Part shown: one piece after another, positions 17,652 to 25,422 of the stretch
Layout: every line of letters starts with the position of its first letter
How positions within the stretch are numbered: position 1 is the first letter of the stretch
Assembly: GCA_027293415.1 (NCBI GenBank)
Contig: JAPUFX010000102.1
Location: 4,803-68,802 of the forward strand
Direction of reading: 5' to 3'
Source: Candidatus Methylomirabilota bacterium
GTDB lineage: Bacteria; Methylomirabilota; Methylomirabilia; Methylomirabilales; CSP1-5
DNA: 64,000 nucleotides
Made by a program: the position numbers and the translations under genes
The notes under the pieces: model-generated
Told to the model about the DNA's origin: nothing
What the model saw: only the letters and a program-made list of their open reading frames with translations
The model's database searches: none

Positions 17652-18500
17652 ATGGCACGCAGGACACCTCAGTTTTACGAAGAGATAACCGACGAGGCTC
17701 TCTCTACCTATCTCCGGCGCATCGTCAAGATCCCGCTCCTCAGCAAGGCCGAAGAACTCCACCTCGCCACGCAGATCCACAAGAGGGATGAAAATGCAGT
17801 CAGGAAGCTTGTCGAATCCAACCTCCGGTTTGTGGTGAAGGTGGCGTTACAGTACCAAGGCTATGGCCTCTCCCTTTTGGATCTGATCAACGAGGGGAAC
17901 CTGGGACTCCTGGAGGCCTCCTGTCGCTATTCCCCAGACTACAATGTCAAATTCATCACCTACGCCGTTTGGTGGATTCGTCAAGCGATCATGCAGGCCT
18001 TGGCCCGGGCCAGTGGAGCCCTGCGCTTCCCTCTCCGGAAGATCCGCCTCGCCAGCAAACTGCGGAGCCGCCGGGCAGAGATGCTTCAGCAAGAGGGGAA
18101 AGAGCCGACAGAAGAAGAACTCGCGAGGGACCTGAAACTGACTCGCGCCGAGGTTGACGCATTACTTCAGACAAATATACCTCCAACCTCACTGGAGGAG
18201 ATACAGAGGCGAGAGGAAGCCCGGGAGCCAGGGATGGAGCGGGTCCCTCCCGCCGACAATGAACTGGTCCGGAAATCGTTTGAGCAAGAAGTCGAGCGGC
18301 TGCTCAAAGTGCTGACTCCCCGAGAGCGCGCAATTATCGAGCTGCGTTACGGTCTCGGAAAGGAGGAGCCCATGACGCTCGAGGAAGTGGGTAAGCGATT
18401 CAGACTCTCCCGGGAACGCATTCGGCAAGTAGAGGAGAAGGCCAAAAAGAAACTCCTCGCCATGGCAAGGGCTCGGCATCTGCAGGACTTTCTGAACTGA
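17652..18500 (+). CDS. RNA polymerase sigma factor, sigma-70 family (RpoD/RpoS-like, lacks region 1.1)
   Basis: Region 2 is NLRFVV..A..Y.G.GL...DLI.EGN.GL..A and YAVWWIRQAI. Region 4 is LTPRERAIIELRYGL....TLEEVG..F.LSRERIRQVE. Confidence 0.85.
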   Translation: MARRTPQFYEEITDEALSTYLRRIVKIPLLSKAEELHLATQIHKRDENAVRKLVESNLRFVVKVALQYQGYGLSLLDLINEGNLGLLEASCRYSPDYNVKFITYAVWWIRQAIMQALARASGALRFPLRKIRLASKLRSRRAEMLQQEGKEPTEEELARDLKLTRAEVDALLQTNIPPTSLEEIQRREEAREPGMERVPPADNELVRKSFEQEVERLLKVLTPRERAIIELRYGLGKEEPMTLEEVGKRFRLSRERIRQVEEKAKKKLLAMARARHLQDFLN

Positions 18501-18510
18501 GGAGGACCAG

Positions 18511-19611
18511 GTGGCCACCTGGACAGTAGTTGTGCTCATCGTGCTCGCGATGGCTGTGGTGCTTATGGCATGGGCGTTGTGGCAAACCGTCAGCCATCTG
18601 AAGAGGCTCGAGGCCACTAAGGGGCAACCGGACCAGGGCCTGCTGCTGCTGCAGAGAGAGATCCAAGCTTCCCGTGGCGAGGCGCGACAGATTCAGGCCG
18701 ACACTCTGGCGTCAGTAAGGCAAGAGCTTTATCAGTTCAGGACAGAGATGAGCAGCCACATGGGCACTATGGGAAGCGGAGTACAAGAGCAGCTTCGCCA
18801 TGTCACGCAAGTAGTGGGTACGGTGCAAGGCGGACTCGGGAAACTCGGTGAGGCGACCCAACGGGTGTTTGACATCGCCAAGGACATCGCCGGCCTGGAG
18901 CAAATCCTCAAATCCCCTAAACTCCGAGGCGGACTCGGGGAGATTTTTCTCGAAAATCTCCTCGCTCAGATGCTCCCACGAGACCACTATGTGCTGCAGC
19001 ACACGTTCTCGACCGGCGACCGCGTCGACGCAGTCATCAAGATTGGTGACCGGCTGGTCCCGGTGGATGCGAAGTTTCCCCTGGAGAACTTTCGCAGAAT
19101 GCTGGAGGAGCCCGACGAGGAGAAGTGTCGGCAGATGCGGCGAGCCTTTGCCCGCGACGTGAAGGGCAGGGCGGATGAGATCGCCAAGAAGTACATCCTG
19201 CCTGACGAGGGAACATTCGACTTCGCCCTCATGTATATCCCCGCCGAAAACGTCTATTACGAAATCATCGTGAAGGATGAGGCCATAGAGGAGGAAAGCG
19301 CGGCGGCCTACGCCATCGGTCGTCGCGTCATTCCCGTTTCGCCCAACAGCTTCTACGCCTACCTACGAGTCATCGTGCTGGGATTTCGAGGGCTCCATAT
19401 CGAGCGCGACGCTCGGGAAATCCAGGCGCGCCTCATGCGACTGCGTGGAGACCTTGAGAAGTTTCGCGAGACCTTTGAGGTCCTCGGCAAGCACCTGACC
19501 AACGCTCGAGGCAAGTACGAGGAGGCTTCCGTCGCGTTGAACCGAGTCGAGGCGAAGCTGGAAGGGATCGAGGGAATGGGCGAGCAGCCGGCCCTTCCAG
19601 GAACCGTATAG
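18511..19611 (+). CDS. rmuC: DNA recombination protein RmuC
   Basis: N-terminal TM helix and coiled coil. The C-terminal region ..VDA.I......VPVDAKFPLE.F and ..FALMYIPAE.VYYE is typical of RmuC. Confidence 0.85.
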   Translation: MATWTVVVLIVLAMAVVLMAWALWQTVSHLKRLEATKGQPDQGLLLLQREIQASRGEARQIQADTLASVRQELYQFRTEMSSHMGTMGSGVQEQLRHVTQVVGTVQGGLGKLGEATQRVFDIAKDIAGLEQILKSPKLRGGLGEIFLENLLAQMLPRDHYVLQHTFSTGDRVDAVIKIGDRLVPVDAKFPLENFRRMLEEPDEEKCRQMRRAFARDVKGRADEIAKKYILPDEGTFDFALMYIPAENVYYEIIVKDEAIEEESAAAYAIGRRVIPVSPNSFYAYLRVIVLGFRGLHIERDAREIQARLMRLRGDLEKFRETFEVLGKHLTNARGKYEEASVALNRVEAKLEGIEGMGEQPALPGTV

Positions 19612-19849
19612 CGCACCGCTTCTTAATCCTCTGGTGTAAGCATCGTTTCCTTTTCTCTGAGGAAGTGCCCCCAAGCTTTTCTACGGTGCTTGAGAACCCT
19701 TTTTCACACCTCGCTTCTTCTTTAGAACTGTCCATCTGGCCTTTGTATACCCATGCGAAAGTCTCTGGATGGCTTCTGGATTTCTCATCACGCTCCCAAT
19801 TGACTTCGCTGGAGTGCTCTGATAGCATCCCGGAAAACTCACTCCTGAG

Positions 19850-21370
19850 GTGTTCATCGTGACTCTGTTGGACCTCCTGCAGCAATCGACAGAGAAGTTT
19901 GCGATGAGAACCGCCCTGGTAGCGGGCGATCACTCAATCACCTACGCCGAGCTGTGGGCGTCTGTTGTACGCTTAGGGGCCGCATTGCGCCGTCTAGGAG
20001 TCGAACCGGGAGAGAGGGTCGGTGTCATGCTGCCCAATGTGCCGGCATTCGTTCAGGCGTACTTCGGCATCCTGGCGGCTGGCGCGACGGTTGTTCCCTT
20101 GAACATCGTCTATAAGGCGGAGGAGATTCGCTACGTTCTTGAAGATGCGGCGATTCAGCGGATTCTCACCACTCGAATCTTCGAGACTCTCCTCCGGGAA
20201 GCGGCCCATCAGGTTCCGCACCCCCTTCGGGTGATCCCCATGGACTCAGAGTCGGGAGCATTGGAATATGGCGCTTTCGGCGATGTCGGCCAGACGCCGG
20301 GAGGTGGGCCAACGAGTACAAGCCCTGAAGACGTAGCCGTGTGCCTGTACACATCGGGGACCACGGGCCGTCCCAGGGGAGCCCTCCTCACCCACAGAAA
20401 TTTGATGAGCAATGTCATCTCCTTCCACCAGATAGCTCCGTGTAACGAGCGGGATCTTTTTCTTTGCCTTCTTCCTTTGTTTCACTCCTTCGCCGCCACC
20501 GTCCTCATGCTGTTTCCGTTGAGTCTTGGGGCAGGAATTGTTTTGGAGTCTCGATTTGTTCCCGAACAGACCCTGCGAACTCTGGCGAAGCACAAGGTTA
20601 CCGTCCTTTGTGCGGTTCCCTCCATGTATGCTGTCTGGTCACACCTGCCGCCCCTCGAGGTGGATCTTTCCTCAGTACGACTTGGCATCTCGGGTGGGGC
20701 AGCCCTCCCCGTAGAAGTCCTTCATCGGTTTGAAGCGCGGTATGGGGTTCCGATTTACGAAGGTTATGGCTTGACCGAGGCTTCTCCGGTCCTGACCGAA
20801 AATGCTCTGTTGGGTGCTAGAAAGGTAGGATCCGTGGGAAAGCCGCTTCCGGGGGTTGATCTGCGCGTGGTGGATGCTGCAGGGAAAGACGTCCCTCCGG
20901 GAGACGTGGGGGAGATCGTGGCGAGGGGTCCTAATATTATGCAGGGCTATCTCAATCAGCCTGACACCACTGCTGAAGTCTTGAGAGATGGCTGGCTCTA
21001 CACAGGGGATTTGGGCCGACAAGATGCAGACGGATATTTGTATATCGTAGACCGCAAAAAAGACCTGATCATCGTGGCGGGGCTGAACGTTTATCCTCGG
21101 GAGGTCGAGGAGGTATTGGTAACCCATCCCGCGGTGGTGGAGGTGGCAGTGATCGGAGTTCCAGATCCCACACGCGGCGAAGTTCCGAAGGCTTACGTGG
21201 TCGTGGAGCCGGGAGCAACCACCTCAAAGCGGGAGCTGCTGCGCTTTGTTCGGGAGAGGCTCGCCTCTTTCAAGGTCCCTCGGGAAGTGGAGTTTTGCCA
21301 GAACTTGCCTCGGACCATTTCTGGGAAGGTCCTGCGCCAGCAGCTTCGGCCCCCTGCTGAGGCATCATAG
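19850..21370 (+). CDS. Long-chain fatty acid-CoA ligase (AMP-binding enzyme)
   Basis: YTSGTTGRPRGALLTHRN, GYGLTE, YTGDLG..D.DGYLYIVDRKKD, and SGKVLR. GTG 19859 is an alternative start. Confidence 0.88.
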   Translation: MFIVTLLDLLQQSTEKFAMRTALVAGDHSITYAELWASVVRLGAALRRLGVEPGERVGVMLPNVPAFVQAYFGILAAGATVVPLNIVYKAEEIRYVLEDAAIQRILTTRIFETLLREAAHQVPHPLRVIPMDSESGALEYGAFGDVGQTPGGGPTSTSPEDVAVCLYTSGTTGRPRGALLTHRNLMSNVISFHQIAPCNERDLFLCLLPLFHSFAATVLMLFPLSLGAGIVLESRFVPEQTLRTLAKHKVTVLCAVPSMYAVWSHLPPLEVDLSSVRLGISGGAALPVEVLHRFEARYGVPIYEGYGLTEASPVLTENALLGARKVGSVGKPLPGVDLRVVDAAGKDVPPGDVGEIVARGPNIMQGYLNQPDTTAEVLRDGWLYTGDLGRQDADGYLYIVDRKKDLIIVAGLNVYPREVEEVLVTHPAVVEVAVIGVPDPTRGEVPKAYVVVEPGATTSKRELLRFVRERLASFKVPREVEFCQNLPRTISGKVLRQQLRPPAEAS

Positions 21371-21392
21371 ACAACGAAATGGGAAGAGAGTG

Positions 21393-22406
21393 ATGGGGGA
21401 GCGGGTGGCTGTCAAAGATCTGAAGCTCAACGAGACTGTGACCTCATTCTTTTTGGTACGAAATCCTCAACACCGCCTCCGCAAGACGGGCGAACCCTTC
21501 TTAACCCTCCTCGTGGCAGATCAGACAGGTGAACTCCCGGCGGTGATGTGGGAAGACCTGGAAGAGGTCGGAGAGCGGATTCGAGAGGGGGATCTGGTAA
21601 AGGTACAAGGCATCGTCGGAAGCTATCAGGGAGAGATGCAGCTCACCATTCACCGGCTGCGCCCAGCTCGAGAGGGCGAGGCCGCTTTGGAAGATTTTCT
21701 GCCCACCACCGAAGCGGATGTAACCTCGTTGCTCGCCTTTCTCCAGGAGACGGTCAACACTTTCACGAGCGAACCCCTGAAGCAGCTCCTTTCTCGGATT
21801 TTTGAGGGGGAGGGTTTTCGCGAGGCCTTTGCCGGTGCCCCAGCAGCCAAAGGACTCCACCATGCGTACCTGGGAGGTCTACTGGAGCATACGGTGTCCG
21901 TGGTGCAGCTGTGCGAAACCATCGCCGCTCACTATGGGGAGGCGGTCGATCGTGATTTGCTCCTCGCCAGTGCGATCCTGCATGACGTGGGAAAGATCTT
22001 TGAACTCACGTGGGATCGTGGGTTCGATTACTCCGATGAGGGGCGGCTTCTCGGTCACATTACGCAAGGAGTGCTGTTTGTAGAGGAGCAGATTCTGCAG
22101 ATCCCCGATTTCCCGCCTCTGGTGCGGATGGAGCTGTTGCACAACATCCTGAGCCATCACGGCCAGTACGAGTGGGGGTCGCCGCGGCGACCAAAAACGT
22201 TGGAAGCCCTGATTCTCCACGCGGTGGAGAACCTGGATGGGAAAGTCAACCTCTTCTTGAAGCTGGCCAAACGCCACCCCGATCCCCACCGGGAGGGCTG
22301 GACCATCTTTCACCGGAGCTTCGAGCGTCCCCTATTCTTTGGGGAGGCAGACTTGTCCAAGGGGAGTACTGGGGGTGACACGGGAGGAGCCATGAGTACC
22401 CCATGA
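21393..22406 (+). CDS. OB-fold + HD-domain protein, YhaM-like 3'-5' exoribonuclease
   Basis: ORF 21246..22406. I chose ATG 21393, which follows a gggaagagag RBS. An N-terminal OB-fold region is followed by HHAYLGGLLEHT and LHDVGK HD motifs. Confidence 0.75.
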   Translation: MGERVAVKDLKLNETVTSFFLVRNPQHRLRKTGEPFLTLLVADQTGELPAVMWEDLEEVGERIREGDLVKVQGIVGSYQGEMQLTIHRLRPAREGEAALEDFLPTTEADVTSLLAFLQETVNTFTSEPLKQLLSRIFEGEGFREAFAGAPAAKGLHHAYLGGLLEHTVSVVQLCETIAAHYGEAVDRDLLLASAILHDVGKIFELTWDRGFDYSDEGRLLGHITQGVLFVEEQILQIPDFPPLVRMELLHNILSHHGQYEWGSPRRPKTLEALILHAVENLDGKVNLFLKLAKRHPDPHREGWTIFHRSFERPLFFGEADLSKGSTGGDTGGAMSTP

Positions 22407-22570
22407 TGGGCGAGGACTCCAATACCCGCTTGCCTTTGAAGGCCCTCCTGTTACGGAAACCCTATTTCTACCGGAAAGAGATCACTTTCCTTCCTGAGGA
22501 TTGGCCACCTCTGTTCAAGCAGCCTATCACCCGAGGAGAGATATCTTTTGATGGCAGCTTATTTTTTTGA
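22403..22570 (+). CDS. Hypothetical 55-aa ORF (MMGEDSNTRLPLKALLLRKPYFYRKEITFLPEDWPPLFKQPITRGEISFDGSLFF)
   Basis: Found by hand because it is below the ORF-track cutoff. Its ATG overlaps the yhaM-like stop (ATGA). There is no recognisable motif and no clear RBS. Confidence 0.2.
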   Translation: MMGEDSNTRLPLKALLLRKPYFYRKEITFLPEDWPPLFKQPITRGEISFDGSLFF

Positions 22571-22588
22571 AATAGGTGTAAAATTATG

Positions 22589-22618
22589 TTGACAAAAAGC
22601 TATCGCTTGATGTATTTA
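22589..22618 (+). promoter_or_regulatory. Sigma-70-type promoter in an AT-rich spacer upstream of the wHTH-MNT/HEPN pair
   Basis: TTGACA, 18 nt, TATTTA, within the most AT-rich stretch of the window. The ATG at 22642 follows a GGAG RBS. Confidence 0.45.
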
Positions 22619-22641
22619 TTTCATCATGGGGTTGGAGCGAG

Positions 22642-23202
22642 ATGTTGGTTCAACTATTTTCGTCCGAAACCCGAGTAGCAATGCTCGAGTTATTCTTGAC
22701 CCGGCCGGACCAACGGTTCTACGTGAGGGAAATTGCCCGAGAGCTTCGACGCGATATCTCGGGAATTAAGCGGGAGCTAGATAATTTGGAAAAGGCAGGC
22801 CTGCTGACGAGCACGAAGGTTGGCAATCTCCGGTATTACACTGTCGAGAAGTCCTTTCCCCTGTATCCAGAATTGAAGGCGATCATCGATAAGACCCGTG
22901 GAATACCTCAGGCGATTGGCGAGGCGCTTCGGGGTATTTCAGGAATCCGGACCGCATTCATCTTTGGCAACCATGAGGCCACTCAGGGAGAAGCCATTGA
23001 TGTGTTAGTGGTGGGGCGCGCCCACATGGCTCGATTAAATCGGGTCGTGGCGGATCTGGAGTTGCGCCTCGGGCGGAGTGTCAATTACCTGGTCTTTGAC
23101 GAGGGCGAGTATCAGCGGCGGAAGACAGAGGGAGATCCTTTCCTGCGGGAGGTGCTACAGGGAAGGACCACTCTGCTGATCGGGACAGCGCATGATCTTT
23201 GA
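22642..23202 (+). CDS. ArsR-like winged-helix fused to a minimal nucleotidyltransferase (MNT)-like domain; putative antitoxin/regulator
   Basis: The N-terminal R..ML.LF......FYVREIAREL......IKRELDNLEKAGLL is wHTH-like. The C-terminal AFIFGNHEATQGEAIDVLVV aligns with the MNT GSxxRG..DxD region, but the Ser and one Asp are missing. Confidence 0.7.
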   Translation: MLVQLFSSETRVAMLELFLTRPDQRFYVREIARELRRDISGIKRELDNLEKAGLLTSTKVGNLRYYTVEKSFPLYPELKAIIDKTRGIPQAIGEALRGISGIRTAFIFGNHEATQGEAIDVLVVGRAHMARLNRVVADLELRLGRSVNYLVFDEGEYQRRKTEGDPFLREVLQGRTTLLIGTAHDL

Positions 23203-23641
23203 ACACCTAAAGGCGAAAGGGCTGGTAGAAGCGGTGGCACCCGACTTGCACCGGGGGAGCCGTCTAATGGCAAGGGCTCACAAAGACCTGAAGACCGCTC
23301 AGGCCATGGTGGGAACCGATCCGGAATGGGCTTACCTCATTGCCGCCCATGCTATTCTCCGAGCAGCCCGGGCCCTCGCGTTGGTAGAGGGCCTTCGTCC
23401 TCGGGGGCGGGAGCAGGCACGAACGCTCCTCCAGATGGCGGGGTACCTTGTCGGTGAAGGCGAAGCTTCGATGGTGAACGACCTTGACCAAGTGCGAAAG
23501 AAAGGGCAGCATTTTTTGGAGGCGGCAGATCGGCCGATTTCTCATTATGAGCTAGAGGCAACGCTGAATCTCGCAGAGCACTTAGTCGGAGTCGTGACCA
23601 AGCACGTCTATGCGAAAGAGCTTCAGATGCCGTTATTGTGA
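23192..23641 (+). CDS. HEPN domain protein (putative RNase toxin of an MNT/HEPN pair)
   Basis: It overlaps the upstream gene by 11 nt. The protein is helical, with A..DL..A near the N-terminus and an Rx4H motif (RKKGQH) near the C-terminus. Confidence 0.7.
   Translation: MIFEHLKAKGLVEAVAPDLHRGSRLMARAHKDLKTAQAMVGTDPEWAYLIAAHAILRAARALALVEGLRPRGREQARTLLQMAGYLVGEGEASMVNDLDQVRKKGQHFLEAADRPISHYELEATLNLAEHLVGVVTKHVYAKELQMPLL
23235..23250 (+). promoter_or_regulatory. Exact match to the sigma-54 -24/-12 consensus (TGGCAC-N5-TTGCA), inside the HEPN coding sequence
   Basis: tggcac ccgac ttgca, read directly from the sequence. No enhancer-binding protein gene lies adjacent. rpoN is 4 kb downstream. Confidence 0.3.
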
Positions 23642-23695
23642 GATCCCCCGGACAGGGTCGCGGGGGAAGATTCCGAGGAAAGGGGGTGAGAAAGA

Positions 23696-23773
23696 GTGGC
23701 CAAGAAGAAAAAGAAAGCCGCAGGCAAAGCCAAGAAGGCAGCCAAGAAGAAAACCACCAAGAAGAAGAAATAG
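23696..23773 (+). CDS. Micro-ORF 1, 25 codons: (M)AKKKKKAAGKAKKAAKKKTTKKKK
   Basis: GTG start 5-8 nt after the SD-like AAGGGGGTGA, ending at TAG. Duplicated with a conserved leader. Below the ORF-track cutoff. Confidence 0.4.
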   Translation: MAKKKKKAAGKAKKAAKKKTTKKKK

Positions 23774-23830
23774 GAGCGATACCTCACAAGGTCGCGGGTA
23801 AAGACCTGCGAGGAAAGGGGGTGAGAAAGG

Positions 23831-23902
23831 GTGGCAACGAAGAGGAAAGCTGCAGCAAAGAAGACGAAGGCCAAGGCTGCCCCCAAGAAGAAGAAGAAAT
23901 AG
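23831..23902 (+). CDS. Micro-ORF 2, 23 codons: (M)ATKRKAAAKKTKAKAAPKKKKK
   Basis: Same SD block and GTG spacing as micro-ORF 1. The length difference from copy 1 is 6 nt, which preserves the frame. Composition is preserved. Confidence 0.4.
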   Translation: MATKRKAAAKKTKAKAAPKKKKK

Positions 23903-23911
23903 GGGTGCCTC

Positions 23912-23940
23912 GCTGGGGGGAAGTCCCCCCAGCTGTCTTC
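23912..23940 (+). terminator. Intrinsic terminator-like hairpin after micro-ORF 2
   Basis: gctgggggg aagt ccccccagc forms a 9-bp GC stem with a 4-nt loop, followed by tgtcttc. Confidence 0.5.
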
Positions 23941-24161
23941 ATAGTGTTATAATCTGCGTCGAAGGAGTTCGTATCATCGGGGCTCGTCGTCAAAAAGAAG
24001 GAAACCGCGAATGAGGGTGGTAGAGGTGCCAGCCACCTGACGATCGCGGACCCAGAAATTTTTCTCTCCTCCCTCAGGGAGTGTGGGAAATTTGTCTTCC
24101 CTGGGCGGCTACGGTATTTTCCTCCCTCGAACGGTCTTCTCCATTTTCCTCTCTTCCGGGT

Positions 24162-25337
24162 ATGGATATGGAATCATTTGTCGGCCTTGACTACTATCGG
24201 GTGAACGAGTTGTACAGTGATGGAGAGCGTTTGATCCGTGACACGGTGCGCGATTTCGTCGATGCAGAAGTGCTTCCGATCATCGAGACCCATCACCGGC
24301 AGGGGACATTTCCTGTCGGACTCATCCCCCGCCTAGGCGAGTTGGGAGTCCTGGGAGCCAACCTTCAGGGTTACGGGTGTCCTGGAATTTCTGAAGTGGC
24401 TTACGGACTGATCATGCAGGAGCTCGAACGAGGGGACAGTGGGCTCAGAAGCTTCGCAGCCGTCCAAGGGGCGCTCGTCATGTATCCGATCTACGCCTTT
24501 GGGACAGAGGCGCAGAAGAAGGAGTGGCTTCCTCGCCTTGCCAAGGGGGAAAAGGTCGGGTGCTTCGGCCTCACCGAGCCCGACCACGGATCCGACCCTG
24601 AAAGTATGGTAACGAAGGCTATCCGAAGGGGCGATGACTACATCCTGAATGGGAGCAAGCTGTGGATTACCAATGGGACGATAGCTGATGTTGCAGTGGT
24701 TTGGGCGCGGACCGACGAAGGAATTCGGGGCTTCTTGGTGGAAAAGGGGACACCGGGGTTCACCGCGAGGGAGATCCATGGGAAGTTCTCCTTGCGAGCC
24801 TCCGTGACCTCCGAACTCATCTTCCAAGAGTGCCCTATTCCCAGGAAAAATCTGCTGCCCGGAAGCGAGCAGGGAGTAAAGGCGGCTTTCATGTGTCTGA
24901 GCCAGGCGAGATACGGCATCGCTTGGGGGGCTGTGGGGGCGGCCATGGCTTGCTACGACGTTGCCCTCAAGTACGCCAAGGCCCGGGTCCAGTTTGGTCG
25001 GCCGATCGCCGCATTTCAGCTGGTGCAACAGAAGCTGGTGTATATGCTCACGGAAATTACCAAGGCGCAGCTTCTGTGTCTTCGGCTTGGCCAATTAAAG
25101 CAAGCAAAACAGATCCATCACACCCAGATCTCTCTGGCCAAGATGAACAATGTGGAGAAGGCCCGGGAGATCGCCCGGCAGGCCCGGGAGATCTTGGGGG
25201 CCGCTGGTATTGTGGATGAGTACCCGGTTATTCGCCATATGCTAAATCTCGAGACGCTGTACACCTACGAGGGGACGCACGAGATCCACACCCTCATTTT
25301 GGGCAGGGACATCACCGGGCTCAGTGCCTTCGCCTAA
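24162..25337 (+). CDS. gcdH: Glutaryl-CoA dehydrogenase (acyl-CoA dehydrogenase family)
   Basis: ORF 24081..25337; I chose ATG 24162. CFGLTEPDHGSDP, WITNG.IADV.VVWAR...G.IRGFLVEKG, and GKFSLRAS closely resemble GCDH signatures. Confidence 0.85.
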   Translation: MDMESFVGLDYYRVNELYSDGERLIRDTVRDFVDAEVLPIIETHHRQGTFPVGLIPRLGELGVLGANLQGYGCPGISEVAYGLIMQELERGDSGLRSFAAVQGALVMYPIYAFGTEAQKKEWLPRLAKGEKVGCFGLTEPDHGSDPESMVTKAIRRGDDYILNGSKLWITNGTIADVAVVWARTDEGIRGFLVEKGTPGFTAREIHGKFSLRASVTSELIFQECPIPRKNLLPGSEQGVKAAFMCLSQARYGIAWGAVGAAMACYDVALKYAKARVQFGRPIAAFQLVQQKLVYMLTEITKAQLLCLRLGQLKQAKQIHHTQISLAKMNNVEKAREIARQAREILGAAGIVDEYPVIRHMLNLETLYTYEGTHEIHTLILGRDITGLSAFA

Positions 25338-25422
25338 TCCCCCCCCTCCTGCCACGCTCGTGGCATGATCGCTGGCTTCCTCCTTCACTTGTCGGCCCCC
25401 CGTGTGATATACTGGAAAAAGT

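Larger units (their letters stand above)
23656..23904 (+). repeat. Tandem duplication (period about 135 nt) of a leader + lysine-rich micro-ORF unit
   Basis: Both units start ggtcgcggg. They share an identical 21-nt block, cgaggaaagggggtgagaaag, and both end aagaagaagaaatagg. Confidence 0.8.

Noticed and set aside
23623-23886. An 87-aa minus-strand ORF rich in Phe/Leu/Ala, which looks like a two-TM small membrane protein or type I toxin.
   Set aside because: Its hydrophobicity is the automatic complement of AAG/AAA/GCC-rich sequence. The start is a TTG with no upstream SD. The conserved leader blocks make sense only on the plus strand.
23656-23904. I considered the tandem repeat as a possible CRISPR array.
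   Set aside because: There are only two units, the period is about 135 nt, the 'spacers' are themselves homologous, there are no short palindromic repeats, and there are no cas genes.
23638-23952. A 104-aa plus-strand ORF (E/Q/G-rich) covering both micro-ORF repeats.
   Set aside because: This is an alternative frame of the same tandem repeat. It has no RBS at its start and would read straight through both conserved SD+GTG blocks and the terminator hairpin. The two halves are less conserved at the peptide level than in the K-rich frame. It remains a formal alternative, to be tested by frame-conservation analysis.
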